A stretch of 64,000 nucleotides of DNA from contig CAWAUM010000011.1 of NCBI GenBank assembly GCA_963785235.1, forward strand, positions 233,724 to 297,723, read 5' to 3'. The notes below the pieces were generated by a model. That model worked only from the letters and a program-made list of their open reading frames with translations. It was not told where the DNA came from and did not search any database. This document shows, piece by piece, positions 40,723 to 50,180 of this stretch (positions are counted from its first letter, which is position 1; each line of letters opens with the position of its first letter). A program made the translations under genes and the position numbers. The DNA comes from an uncultured delta proteobacterium (GTDB lineage Bacteria > Desulfobacterota > Desulfomonilia > UBA1062).

Positions 40723-41583
40723 GTGTACGACCTCCACATCCATACATCACATTCTTCAGACGGGCAATACGGGCCTGGCGAAATCCTGCGTATGGCTAAG
40801 GCCTGCAATCTGAAAGGCCTGGCCTTTACCGATCATATGGACACCTCTGCCGTGGCTGAAGGTATACGCCTGGCCCCTGCATACGGACTGAACTTTATTT
40901 CCGGTGTGGAGCTCTCAACCGTACTCCATGACCGGGAATATCACCTCCTGCTCTATGGGTTCCACCCGGATAATAGGATAATAAAAGCCTTTCTTGATCA
41001 GCACTGCCGGGCCATCTGGGATAAGGCCCTTGAGGTACTCAATGTATTCAATCAGATGGGTTTTGATATCAGGAAGGACGATATCCCGTCATGGGGCCTC
41101 TCGGTGCCCACCGGGGTTACCTTTCTCAATGCGCTGATCAAGAGGAACCAAGGGGACAAGAGGCTTCAGGAATACCTCTGTGGGCACAAGGCGTCCTCTC
41201 CATATCTGAACTTCTATAAGGATTATGCCCTGACTGATATCGGAACCATGGTACGCTCCGCCTTGCCGGATCTCATAGAGACCATGCGGCTGCTTAAGGA
41301 CTCCGGCGTGTTCATCCTCGCCCATCCCGGCAATACAAGCAATACTATTTTGAAGGAATTGAAGGGTGAAGGTCTTTGCGGGATCGAGGTCTACAGCACT
41401 CATCACACAGCCCGGATAATGGAGCATCTAGTGGAAGAGGCCAGGTCGCTGAATCTTATGGTAAGTTCGGGATCCGATTTCCACGGAGAGTTTATCAAAC
41501 CGGGCATCGGTCTTGGTGATTCATCCGGGGAGCCTGATGATCAGCTCATCACTATGATTTTAGGCATGACCGCAAGAGGATAA
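40723..41583 (+). CDS. PHP-domain metal-dependent phosphoesterase
   Basis: GTG start. MYDLHIHTSHSSDG and AFTDHMD motifs, with later SGSDFHG. Confidence 0.75.
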   Translation: MYDLHIHTSHSSDGQYGPGEILRMAKACNLKGLAFTDHMDTSAVAEGIRLAPAYGLNFISGVELSTVLHDREYHLLLYGFHPDNRIIKAFLDQHCRAIWDKALEVLNVFNQMGFDIRKDDIPSWGLSVPTGVTFLNALIKRNQGDKRLQEYLCGHKASSPYLNFYKDYALTDIGTMVRSALPDLIETMRLLKDSGVFILAHPGNTSNTILKELKGEGLCGIEVYSTHHTARIMEHLVEEARSLNLMVSSGSDFHGEFIKPGIGLGDSSGEPDDQLITMILGMTARG

Positions 41584-41660
41584 TGAATAGGACCGCTTAT
41601 GCAATTCTGATGGTCTTAAGCAGAGTACTCATAGTGAACATGGAATTGTCTTTTCATAGG

Positions 41661-41746
41661 TCCGTTCAAAACCTGCATCTTGCAGCTTTGAAGGTCCGAC
41701 AGAATAAGCATAGAGAAAAGGCTGCAAGATGCAGGTTTTGAACGGA
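41661..41746. terminator. Perfect 26-bp palindrome with 34-nt loop; copy 3 of the palindromic element family
   Basis: tccgttcaaaacctgcatcttgcagc (41661-41686) pairs with gctgcaagatgcaggttttgaacgga (41721-41746), followed by taaggTTTTTa. Lies between the convergent PHP gene and the secretin gene. Confidence 0.6.
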
Positions 41747-41822
41747 TAAGGTTTTTACACCTCGTAACCGCAAAATCTGTCTTAAAGGCCTTGGAATGGT
41801 CGCAGCCATTCCCTACCATTCC

Positions 41823-43437
41823 CTACTGGGCCAGGATAATCGGTTCAAGCAGGATAACCAGCTCTGCGGTCTCAACGCTTTTTATCTGCTGGCTGAAGAG
41901 GTATCCAATACCGGGGATACTGCCCAGTATGGGTATACTCGTATTTTCCTGTTTCAGATTCTTGCTGATAAGCCCACCTAAGGCAATAATGTTTCCGCTT
42001 TTAACACGGATCTGGGTGGTGGCCTCTTCAAGCTGCACTGTGGGCAGCGTATAGACATTACCGCTGATGTCGCGTTCTTCAAGCTTCACTATCCGGCTCT
42101 TGATGGGGGTGATGCTCAGGTTTATCGAACCGGTATCCAGGTCGATATTGGGCACGACACCCAGCATGATGCCATCGAAGATAGAACCCACGGTCACCTC
42201 TGGTGTAGTGATTGTCGGGCCACCTTCTGTGGAAGTGGTTGTGAGCTTGATCTCCTGGATATATGAGGTGTTCGTGCCCACACTGATCAGCGCCGGCTGT
42301 CCGTTGGTCACCCTTATCCGGGGATTCGAGAGGACCTTTATGTCTCCGAATTCCTGCAGGGCGTTCATGGCTGCATTAAAGCCGTGAACGTCCGATTGTG
42401 CCTGGATCACCAGGGCAGGGGTGAGGTTAGTCGTTGAGAGCGCAAGGTTCTGCTGGATCGGATTGAAGACGATATCATTGATACTGAGGTGGGTGCTGGT
42501 CCAATCGATGCCGTACTGGCTTTTATCCTTCAGCGCGACCTCAATGATCTTTGCCGTGATGAGGATCTGTGAATTATAATAGGCCTTGATGGTCTTGATG
42601 TAGGCATCGATACGATCTATGGCGTCTCTCCTGTCATTTACCTCAAGGAAACCCAAGGCCCTGTTGAGGGAATACGACCCATCGCGGGTCAGGGTTGACT
42701 TCACATGATCCTCGATCTGTGTGCAGATGTCGCTGGTTGCTACAGGGATGGTGTCCTTGATGGAAAATTCACCGCTCAGGCCGTTATCACTTGATCCGCC
42801 ACTTGATCCGCCACCTGAGCCGCCACTTGAGGAGCCCGAAGAAGAACTGCTTGTAGAGCTGCTGATAACATCTCCTCCCACAGACATGGTGGTCTGTTTC
42901 TGGGAAGACAGGAAATTAAGGTGATAGGTTCTTGAGTCAGTACCCTTTACAGACAGTGCGCGTCCGTCCACCTTATAGAAAATGTGCAGTGCAGATGCTA
43001 CGTTCTCCAGGGCCTCTTCCAGTGGCGTCCTGTTAAATGCAATGGATACGGGCGGTAGAATAATGGGACCTTTGGCTGTTTGTTTATCTTTGGCCGCATC
43101 AGCTGTTTCTTCGGATAGATCGGTGCCGGTGCCCGCCTTAAGGCGTGAGTCAACCACCAGGTCCAGTCCCGCCCTTTCCGCAACGGCTGCAAATACATCG
43201 GTGAAAGCGGCATTGCTTGCGTTAAGGGTTATGGTCTTGCCTTTCAATGGATTCAGCTTGGCCACCTTTGCTTTGGGCAAAAGACTCTAAAGGTTTTGCC
43301 GCCTCAAGAGGTGTTGCAGCTTCCTTTTCTTTTTCAATGGAGAAATCCTCTTTCTTCATCAATTTGTCTGTGGTGCATCCGGAAAGGAAGACGCAACAGA
43401 TAACCGTGAGTAGTGAATACCTAATAAACTTTAACAT
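41823..43437 (-). CDS. Secretin, MshL-like lipoprotein secretin of a type IV filament system (frame interrupted near 43275)
   Basis: C-terminal secretin domain (GNIIALGGLISKN..IPILGSIPGIGYLFS..ELVILLEPIIL). N0/N1-like region (RTYHLNFL). The upstream fragment 43222-43437 encodes MLKFIRYSLLTVICCVFLSG-C (lipobox) and runs into the secretin frame after a 1-nt shift. Confidence 0.8.
42788..42835. repeat. Four tandem 12-nt units inside the secretin gene encoding a Ser/Gly-rich linker
   Basis: cacttgatccgc, cacttgatccgc, cacctgagccgc, cacttgaggagc (42788-42835). On the reverse strand these encode part of SSTSSSSSGSSSGGSGGGSSGGSSD. Confidence 0.8.
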
Positions 43438-43870
43438 GAAGGGTCTCCCTGGTACCGTTTTTGTTAGTAGTGATCACCTGGTCCGGTCCAATGGATGATA
43501 TTTGAAAGCTTTGTGTCTTGTCGCCAAGGCGCATTTTCTTTCCATTGATGATACAATAGCTTTGAGAACCTGCCTCAACAATCATACTTACCCTGACCGG
43601 TTCTGCTTCGGCCTTAACAGGAGGGTTTCCATATAAGGCATCCAAAGGCATGGTCCACTCGTGGCGAAAGACATCCCGGATGTCTTTGGCTGCAAGATCG
43701 GAATCGTCTTTAAGGGTGAAGATGCTCAGTTTATCAACATAGGTGAGGAACTCAGGTTGCTCGAGAGTAATGTTTTTGTTTTCGCGAAAAACATATGGAA
43801 CTGCGATGCACAATATAAGCGCAATGAGGGGCAGCATAAAGATCAGGATGAGGTTTTTGTCCAACTTCAT
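43421..43870 (-). CDS. PilP/MshK/GspC-like pilus assembly protein
   Basis: 149 aa. N-terminal TM helix and a C-terminal beta-domain (VSMIVEAGSQSYCIINGKKMRLGDKTQSFQISSIGPDQVIT). Immediately upstream of, and overlapping, the secretin gene. Confidence 0.5.
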   Translation of the reverse strand: MKLDKNLILIFMLPLIALILCIAVPYVFRENKNITLEQPEFLTYVDKLSIFTLKDDSDLAAKDIRDVFRHEWTMPLDALYGNPPVKAEAEPVRVSMIVEAGSQSYCIINGKKMRLGDKTQSFQISSIGPDQVITTNKNGTRETLHVKVY

Positions 43871-44281
43871 TCAGTTCCCGCCCCCAAGCTTGAAGCCTTT
43901 CATGCTGACCGTGATACCTGATGAAGTGCTTGTAACAATTGCCTTTTCAAGAAAGAACATGTCTTGTGCATAGGTCGAGGCAACCTCGGAAAACAGTTTT
44001 TTTACATCGTGGTCCGTCAGGGTGATTTCATAGTCCACGTTGATACCCCGTTCATGGGAAAGGGTGATCAGTTTGGCGCTGTATGCCTTGATGGACTCGA
44101 TCTTTTTTACATATTGTTTACGCTGCTCACTGGTCGCCAGGATCGCTCCCAGCTTGGCCTGGTTGAAGGTTATCTCCCTTGCTGCATGTACGTAATAGGC
44201 AAAGCCGGATATAACCAGCACGGCGCTGATGATGCCCATTATCAGGGCGAGGCGATAATACCTCATGGTTTTATCTCGCAA
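43871..44281 (-). CDS. PilO/MshJ-like pilus assembly protein
   Basis: 136 aa. Single TM helix, a coiled-coil segment and a small C-terminal domain. Abuts the previous gene with no gap. Confidence 0.45.
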   Translation of the reverse strand: MRDKTMRYYRLALIMGIISAVLVISGFAYYVHAAREITFNQAKLGAILATSEQRKQYVKKIESIKAYSAKLITLSHERGINVDYEITLTDHDVKKLFSEVASTYAQDMFFLEKAIVTSTSSGITVSMKGFKLGGGN

Positions 44282-45699
44282 TTCAGGCTGAATTCAGCAA
44301 GCTGTTCCTTGTGGTTGTAAGCGGCCTTTGAGACGGGAAAGACCTCCTGCATGGTCATGATGAAAGATGAGAAGATCTCTTTGGATTTCGGGTAGGGAGA
44401 GTTGATGATGCCTTCTATTGCTATCCCGAATGAATTTGCATGAGATGTGCGATGAGCTTCTGCAGCGACAGGCATGGCCCTGCCCTTGGGAATGTCTTCC
44501 TGCAGGGAGGACCTGTTGACCTCGATCCTTGTAATGAAGACATTGGCCGGTACTCCCTGGGTTATGGTTTGTACAATTGATTGCAACTTGGGCTCAGCCT
44601 GGAAATCTTTATAGGTATCGACGATGGTGTTGATATTCGTCAGGTCAAGATTTTTGCTCAGGGATGTATAATCGTCTTCAAGCTCTTTGAGCTGCTTGGA
44701 GCTCTTATAAATTGCCGAATTGGTCCTCTTCTCCAAGGCCTCGGCCTTTGTGGTGTTGCTCCACCCCAATGCAAAAAACACAAAGGCCATCAGGATCATT
44801 ACCAATGATATGGCGCAAGAGATTTTTGCATATCCCACAATCCTTCTGGTCCGGTGCAGTTTTTCAGGGGTGAAGTCATAGCAGGGTTTCATGGCGGTTC
44901 CGAAGAGCACGATTGCAGCGGCGTCCGGATCTCCGGTTTCACTCAGGCTGAAAGGGACTGTATGGATGTTATGCTTTTCGAGATCGGATATATTGATCTC
45001 TCCTTGTCCTATATAGTAGATCTTCTGGACCTTTTCCTGGTTGGAGCTCTGCAGCATGGAGGTCATTTCCCGAATGCCGGAAACCGTATCGGCCTGGGCA
45101 TCGAAGGACTCGGCATAGTTAACGGTTATGAGGTAATAGATGATCCCGGATTTTGCGCCGATGATCCGGATGAAACGGGTGTCTTCATAGACGATGATCA
45201 CCATGTTTTTGTCAATGGAACCCACTGCCGAGGCGATGGATGACTCGATGGGGCAGAACATGTCCACAAGGGCCTCATCCTCGTCAATGAGATCGGTCCT
45301 GGTCAGTTCATTTGAAGGGATGGCCAGGTAGGAATACCTGCCCTTGAGGTTGTCTATATCCTGAATCTTGGCAAAGGCGACATGGTAAGTGTCCTTGAAG
45401 AGACCGAGTTTATCAATGGTAGATCGGATATGGGCTGTTGTGGCCTCCTTGCTGATACGGGAAAACTCACCCACATCCGAGTAGATGCCTCTGGATGAGA
45501 AGCATATGGACATGCCGGGCGCCTTGCGCGAGATGTCTGTCAATGAAGTGGAATCGACCTTCTTCATGTCTTTAAGGACGATCTTCTGTCCGGCGCCGGA
45601 ATAGGATGCAATGCAATGCTCCTCTTCGCCCAGGATAACGGCAATGCCCTTTTTCGGCCCCATTTTCATCGAGATAAATTTAGTCAATATGTCATTCAT
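44263..45699 (-). CDS. MshI-like (PilM-PilN fusion-type) pilus assembly protein
   Basis: 478 aa. A roughly 290-aa cytoplasmic domain, one TM helix (ISCAISLVMILMAFVFFALGW), then a roughly 150-aa periplasmic PilN-like part. The size and the I-J-K-L gene order match MSHA clusters. I could not identify ATP-binding motifs. Confidence 0.45.
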   Translation of the reverse strand: MNDILTKFISMKMGPKKGIAVILGEEEHCIASYSGAGQKIVLKDMKKVDSTSLTDISRKAPGMSICFSSRGIYSDVGEFSRISKEATTAHIRSTIDKLGLFKDTYHVAFAKIQDIDNLKGRYSYLAIPSNELTRTDLIDEDEALVDMFCPIESSIASAVGSIDKNMVIIVYEDTRFIRIIGAKSGIIYYLITVNYAESFDAQADTVSGIREMTSMLQSSNQEKVQKIYYIGQGEINISDLEKHNIHTVPFSLSETGDPDAAAIVLFGTAMKPCYDFTPEKLHRTRRIVGYAKISCAISLVMILMAFVFFALGWSNTTKAEALEKRTNSAIYKSSKQLKELEDDYTSLSKNLDLTNINTIVDTYKDFQAEPKLQSIVQTITQGVPANVFITRIEVNRSSLQEDIPKGRAMPVAAEAHRTSHANSFGIAIEGIINSPYPKSKEIFSSFIMTMQEVFPVSKAAYNHKEQLAEFSLNCEIKP

Positions 45700-45773
45700 A
45701 TTTGTGAGTGTAGAGGATAAACCTCTCCACTTACTATGTTCTCGGAATTACGATTTGGTTTCTTTAGGATATT

Positions 45774-46442
45774 TTAAGGGAGTAATCCATGGAGATACGT
45801 GAGGCTCACAGTCTCGAGGATATCATCATAATTTGAGTTTATTAATGCAGAAGGAGAGGCGAATTGGTTATTATCACTGTTCGTGATACGCCCATCTCCG
45901 GTGTCGTCATTGGGAGTGTCTGCCCGCAGGTTTTCTCCCCCGGAAAGAACGACAAAGGCCACCTTCATGTTTCCATTGTCACAGAAGAGATCCGGAGCTG
46001 TTGTTCCATTGATAAGCTGACCGATTGTTGTTTTAAGCGTGGCGGGCGTAGTTGAGGTCAGATGTGATTCAACGGAATAAAAGAGGGTGGTCTGATAAGG
46101 GTCCTTGCCATTGATGCCGAGCGTTACCCAGGGCAGATAGCCATTTAGTCTGTTAGTAGTTTCAGCCCCATTGATGTTAGCGCTGGCAAACGGCAACCTT
46201 CCTGTGGCCAGGGCATACCCGATGATGGCGGTCCTGACTTCTTTGACAAACATCCGGTCATCCTTCAACTTGTTCTGCTTGATCAGCATGGGGAGGAGTT
46301 GTGCGCCAAGTCCCACAAGGATGCCGACTATCACGAGCACAAAGGCCATCTCGATGAGGGTAAACCCCTTTCGTGAAAAAGGCTTGCTCAGGCAGCAGCC
46401 TCTCCTTGTCATAAGGTCATTGTTCACCCTAGCCACCCCCAA
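45774..46442 (-). CDS. Prepilin-type (pseudo)pilin
   Basis: Class III signal KG/FTLIEMAFVLVIVGILVG with Glu at +5. The likely true start is the ATG at 46412 (MTRRGCCLSKPFSRKG-FTLIE). Confidence 0.75.
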   Translation of the reverse strand: MGVARVNNDLMTRRGCCLSKPFSRKGFTLIEMAFVLVIVGILVGLGAQLLPMLIKQNKLKDDRMFVKEVRTAIIGYALATGRLPFASANINGAETTNRLNGYLPWVTLGINGKDPYQTTLFYSVESHLTSTTPATLKTTIGQLINGTTAPDLFCDNGNMKVAFVVLSGGENLRADTPNDDTGDGRITNSDNNQFASPSALINSNYDDILETVSLTYLHGLLP

Positions 46443-47643
46443 GCTTGGACATGAGGTCGTAAACCGGACCGATAAGGGAAATGACGATGAAGACGAAGAT
46501 GCCGCCCGTTATGACTATGGCAATGGGCTCAATCATCTTGCCCAAGATGTCTACAAAACGCGATGTCTTCAATTCGTAGGTATCTGCAAGATATTTCAGC
46601 CTCTGATCCAGGGTACCGGTCTTCTCGCCCACGCTGACCATCTTCAACGTGATGGCATCAAAGAATTTCGTTACAGTGAAGGCCGTCAGCAACGAATTGC
46701 CCATGTTGGTTTCATTACGTATACGTATGATGACCGAGCGGATGAGGTCGTTGTGAAAGACCTTTTCAAGGATATCAAGCGCTTTTGTAAGTGTCACGCC
46801 GGACTGAAGCATGAGGGACATATTCGAGAATACCAGGGTAAGGGTTGAGCATTTCAGCAGATCGCCCACCACGGGAAGACTGAAGGCAACACGGCTCAGC
46901 ATCAATCGTGTTCTAGGAATTTTTCCCAGAATGACAAACCCTATGGTAATCAATCCGAGTGCAATGGGGTATAGCAACCAGTTATCTTTGGAGAATTGGA
47001 CGAAATTGACAAGGCTCAACGTGATATTGGGGAGCTGGACATTGATCTCCTTGAAGGTTGAAACAAGGCGGGGCAGCACGAAAAAGAGCCAGAAGATGAT
47101 GACGCACAGCATGGCAGCCACCACGAAGCCCGGATAGATCAGCGCCCTCTTCACCTGGGAAACAATACTGTCCACCTTTTTTAAATAATTCGCGGTATTG
47201 TCCAGGGCTGTTTGAATGGTACCGGTCTCTTCTCCGATATGGCAGAAAAATATGAGCATCTCGGGAAACACCTCGGGCCGGCGTGAAAATGCCCCTGATA
47301 AAGACTCTCCCTGGGCAATGCCCCCGATGACCTCATCGATTGCATCTCGCAGGCGTTTTACCCTGATGGTTTCCTTGATGCTTTCCATGGATTCCAGTAG
47401 GGGCAGGCCGCTGCCGAGCATGGAGGCAAGGGATTCACAGAATTCCGCTATCTCGATCTTCTTAACTGCCGGCTGGGTAAGGGTCTTGATGGTTTCAATT
47501 ATCTGATACCTCTGTTCGCTGTAACGGATAAGCGTCATTTCCTGAGAGGAAAGGTTCTCCATCAGATCCCGGATGCCCTCGAAATCGCCCTTGGAGGCAA
47601 AGATTGTTCCGTCTTTCTTCAGGGCATTGTACGAAAGGATCAT
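46429..47643 (-). CDS. Type IV filament platform protein (GspF/PilC/MshG family)
   Basis: 404 aa with two T2SSF repeats and three TM segments. ATGA-type overlap with the ATPase gene. Confidence 0.85.
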   Translation of the reverse strand: MILSYNALKKDGTIFASKGDFEGIRDLMENLSSQEMTLIRYSEQRYQIIETIKTLTQPAVKKIEIAEFCESLASMLGSGLPLLESMESIKETIRVKRLRDAIDEVIGGIAQGESLSGAFSRRPEVFPEMLIFFCHIGEETGTIQTALDNTANYLKKVDSIVSQVKRALIYPGFVVAAMLCVIIFWLFFVLPRLVSTFKEINVQLPNITLSLVNFVQFSKDNWLLYPIALGLITIGFVILGKIPRTRLMLSRVAFSLPVVGDLLKCSTLTLVFSNMSLMLQSGVTLTKALDILEKVFHNDLIRSVIIRIRNETNMGNSLLTAFTVTKFFDAITLKMVSVGEKTGTLDQRLKYLADTYELKTSRFVDILGKMIEPIAIVITGGIFVFIVISLIGPVYDLMSKLGGG

Positions 47644-49277
47644 TACCGCAAAACCCTCCAGATCTCTGCGAAGCTTGTCGTACCGTTAAGTATCTTGCGG
47701 ATGCCGTCACCCCGGAGCGTTACCATGCCTTCTTCCACAGCCTTGTCTTTGATCTCGAAGGGGTGTGACCCCACAGAGATGAGGCGCTCGATCTCTTTGG
47801 ATATAACCAGGATTTCCGCCACCATGATCCGGCCCAGGTAGCCGGTCTTTATGCACCTGGGGCATCCTACCGGGGCATACAGGGTTGTCCCTTTCTGGAT
47901 GCCGAATACACGGTGCTCTTCGTCGCCTGAATCATATGGCTGCTTGCAGCTCGGACAGAGTGCCCGGACGAGCCGCTGCGCTATGACGCAGATGAGTGAT
48001 GATGATATCATATAGTCCCTCATGCCAAGGTCTTTGAGCCTGGGTACGGCTCCGGAGGCATCGTTGGCATGCACCGTGGAAAGGACAAGGTGCCCTGTCT
48101 GCGCAGCGCGGAGCGCCATGGTCGCCGTATCGCCGTCCCGTATCTCACCGATAAGGATGACATCAGGGTCCTGCCGTAAAAAGGCCCTGACCGCGCTTGA
48201 GAAGATATACCCGGACTTCTCGTTAACCTGGGTCTGGCGGATCAGCGGGAACTGGTACTCAATGGGGTCTTCAACGGTCACGATATTTTTTTCAATGGAG
48301 CTGATCTCCCGCAAGGCCGCATATAAGGTTGTAGTTTTTCCTGACCCTGTGGGGCCGGAGACTAAGACCATGCCGTAGGGCTTGTGCAGAAGATCCCTGA
48401 GCTGGGTAATATCATCAGGATCCAGGCCAAGGCTCCGGATGTTATACAACTCCTCCGAGGAAGCCAGGATGCGCATGACCATGTTTTCCCCATTGGTAAC
48501 CTTTAAGGTAGAGACACGGATGTCATAGTGCTCATTTAAAAAATCAAAGGAGAGCCTTCCATCCTGGGGTTTGCGCTGTTCCGAGATGTCCATCTCGGCC
48601 TTTACCTTGATGCTGGAGATAACCCTGGAGTGCACCTCGATGGGAAAGGAGTAAAACGGGTAGAGTATGCCGTCGATGCGGTAGTGGATCTGTGTTGTCT
48701 TGTTCGTGGGGGTTACGTGGATGTCCGTTGCACGGGAGTTGATGGCGGACATGATCAGCAGCCTCACCAGTTTTTCTGTATCCACGTCGTGCGGATTATA
48801 CTTGGAATGTTCGAGCTGCTGCTCGATCTCTTCTTCTATGGGGTGTTCCAGGAGGTAATAGTCTTTTTCAATGTGCTTCTGTATCTGCGATGGCGATGCA
48901 GCCACAAACCGGATGCGTTTTTTCGAGATGCGTGAGGCAAGGTCTGACAGTTTCGTATTATCCGGTTCGCTCGTGGCTATGGTCAAGGTAGTGTCCTCGA
49001 CACTTATGGGAAGCAGGGAGTTCTCGCGTGCAAATTGCACGGGTAAAGCAGAGAGCGCTTCTTTCTGTGGTGAGAAATGACGCAGCTCTACAAACTCGAT
49101 GCTGAACTGTTTTGCAATGGACTGGGCAAGTTCCGTCTGGGTGACAAGGCCAAGACGGATCAGGATATCGCCGACCCGTTCCTTGGTGGCACGCTGTTCT
49201 ATAAGGGCAAGGCCGATTTCCTTATCGCTGATGATCCCTTCATCTTTGAGAAGATCACCAATGCGTTTTTTCTCCAT
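47643..49277 (-). CDS. Type IV filament extension ATPase (GspE/PilB/MshE family) with N-terminal MshEN c-di-GMP-binding domain
   Basis: 544 aa. Walker A GPTGSGKTTT, Asp box DPDVILIGEIRD, His box TGHLVLSTVHAND, and a tetra-Cys CPSC...CPRC motif. N-terminal tandem 24-residue RxGxx(L/I)...Q motifs separated by 5 residues. Confidence 0.9.
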   Translation of the reverse strand: MEKKRIGDLLKDEGIISDKEIGLALIEQRATKERVGDILIRLGLVTQTELAQSIAKQFSIEFVELRHFSPQKEALSALPVQFARENSLLPISVEDTTLTIATSEPDNTKLSDLASRISKKRIRFVAASPSQIQKHIEKDYYLLEHPIEEEIEQQLEHSKYNPHDVDTEKLVRLLIMSAINSRATDIHVTPTNKTTQIHYRIDGILYPFYSFPIEVHSRVISSIKVKAEMDISEQRKPQDGRLSFDFLNEHYDIRVSTLKVTNGENMVMRILASSEELYNIRSLGLDPDDITQLRDLLHKPYGMVLVSGPTGSGKTTTLYAALREISSIEKNIVTVEDPIEYQFPLIRQTQVNEKSGYIFSSAVRAFLRQDPDVILIGEIRDGDTATMALRAAQTGHLVLSTVHANDASGAVPRLKDLGMRDYMISSSLICVIAQRLVRALCPSCKQPYDSGDEEHRVFGIQKGTTLYAPVGCPRCIKTGYLGRIMVAEILVISKEIERLISVGSHPFEIKDKAVEEGMVTLRGDGIRKILNGTTSFAEIWRVLR

Positions 49278-49466
49278 AAGACCCGTTCCCGCTCCTTAAG
49301 CAGTGCAAATTGAGAAATCACTCAAAGATATGTCCCTGCAAGAATCTCCTGTTGGAGAGTAGCCTTTCGGGTTTGTCTTCCACCTTCCTATCACGAGTGG
49401 GTGCATGATGTGTCATGCCCCAAACAACGCACGTGTGGGCCGGAAGACACCATCCTCGTGATACGG

Positions 49467-50060
49467 CTACATTCTCCAGTAGACAGTCTTAACCGTTGTT
49501 GCCGTATAAACAGTGTTGGCCCTCATGGTCCCTGTGTTGTAAACCGCGTCATCATATTTTCTGTCCATTTCCTGGGCAACCTCATAGGGGATCTGGGTGT
49601 ACACGATACAGTTCGCGTTCAGCGGTGTTGCAGACCCTGGGGGAGTAGCCAAATACTGGATGTAGGCCTGGCCTCCAAAGGGGTTTGTAGGGTAATCGTT
49701 AGCCGCTCCGGTATAGCCCCCGTTGATGATCTGTGCCAAGACGAGGTCCTGGAAGAGAACAGAGCGCTCGGTATTCGCATTGATCTGGCCGTTTCCTGCA
49801 GTCGCAGCAGGATCTGTATGGCCCTGTGTCGGGATATTAGCTACAGGTGCATCACCCGGATAATAGTTATACCTGTCATAATAGGTATAGAAGGCCGCGG
49901 TGAGTGAATCCTTCTGGTTGACTAACTTCTTGACCTTTGCATTCTGAATGAGGGCCTCGCCCTTGAGTACGCCTGTAATGAGCAAGCCGATGATCACCAA
50001 CACCAGTGCAAGTTCAACAAGGGTAAAGCCGCCTTTTTGTCGATTTCTAAACCGTTCCAT
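49467..50060 (-). CDS. Prepilin-type major pilin candidate
   Basis: 197 aa. MERFRNRQKG/FTLVELALVLVIIGLLITG (short leader, Glu+5). It is its own transcription-unit-like gene, followed by a long hairpin and a 189-nt gap before the ATPase gene. Confidence 0.8.
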   Translation of the reverse strand: MERFRNRQKGGFTLVELALVLVIIGLLITGVLKGEALIQNAKVKKLVNQKDSLTAAFYTYYDRYNYYPGDAPVANIPTQGHTDPAATAGNGQINANTERSVLFQDLVLAQIINGGYTGAANDYPTNPFGGQAYIQYLATPPGSATPLNANCIVYTQIPYEVAQEMDRKYDDAVYNTGTMRANTVYTATTVKTVYWRM

Positions 50061-50180
50061 GCATACACCTCCTGATAGAGTAGCGCCTAGCTGTAAGCTC
50101 TAGTAAGCACCCAATCGGTATAATCCACATTCTTCTTTAGTAATTGCTCGATATGGCTTGAATTATGGAAAGGGAAGAGC

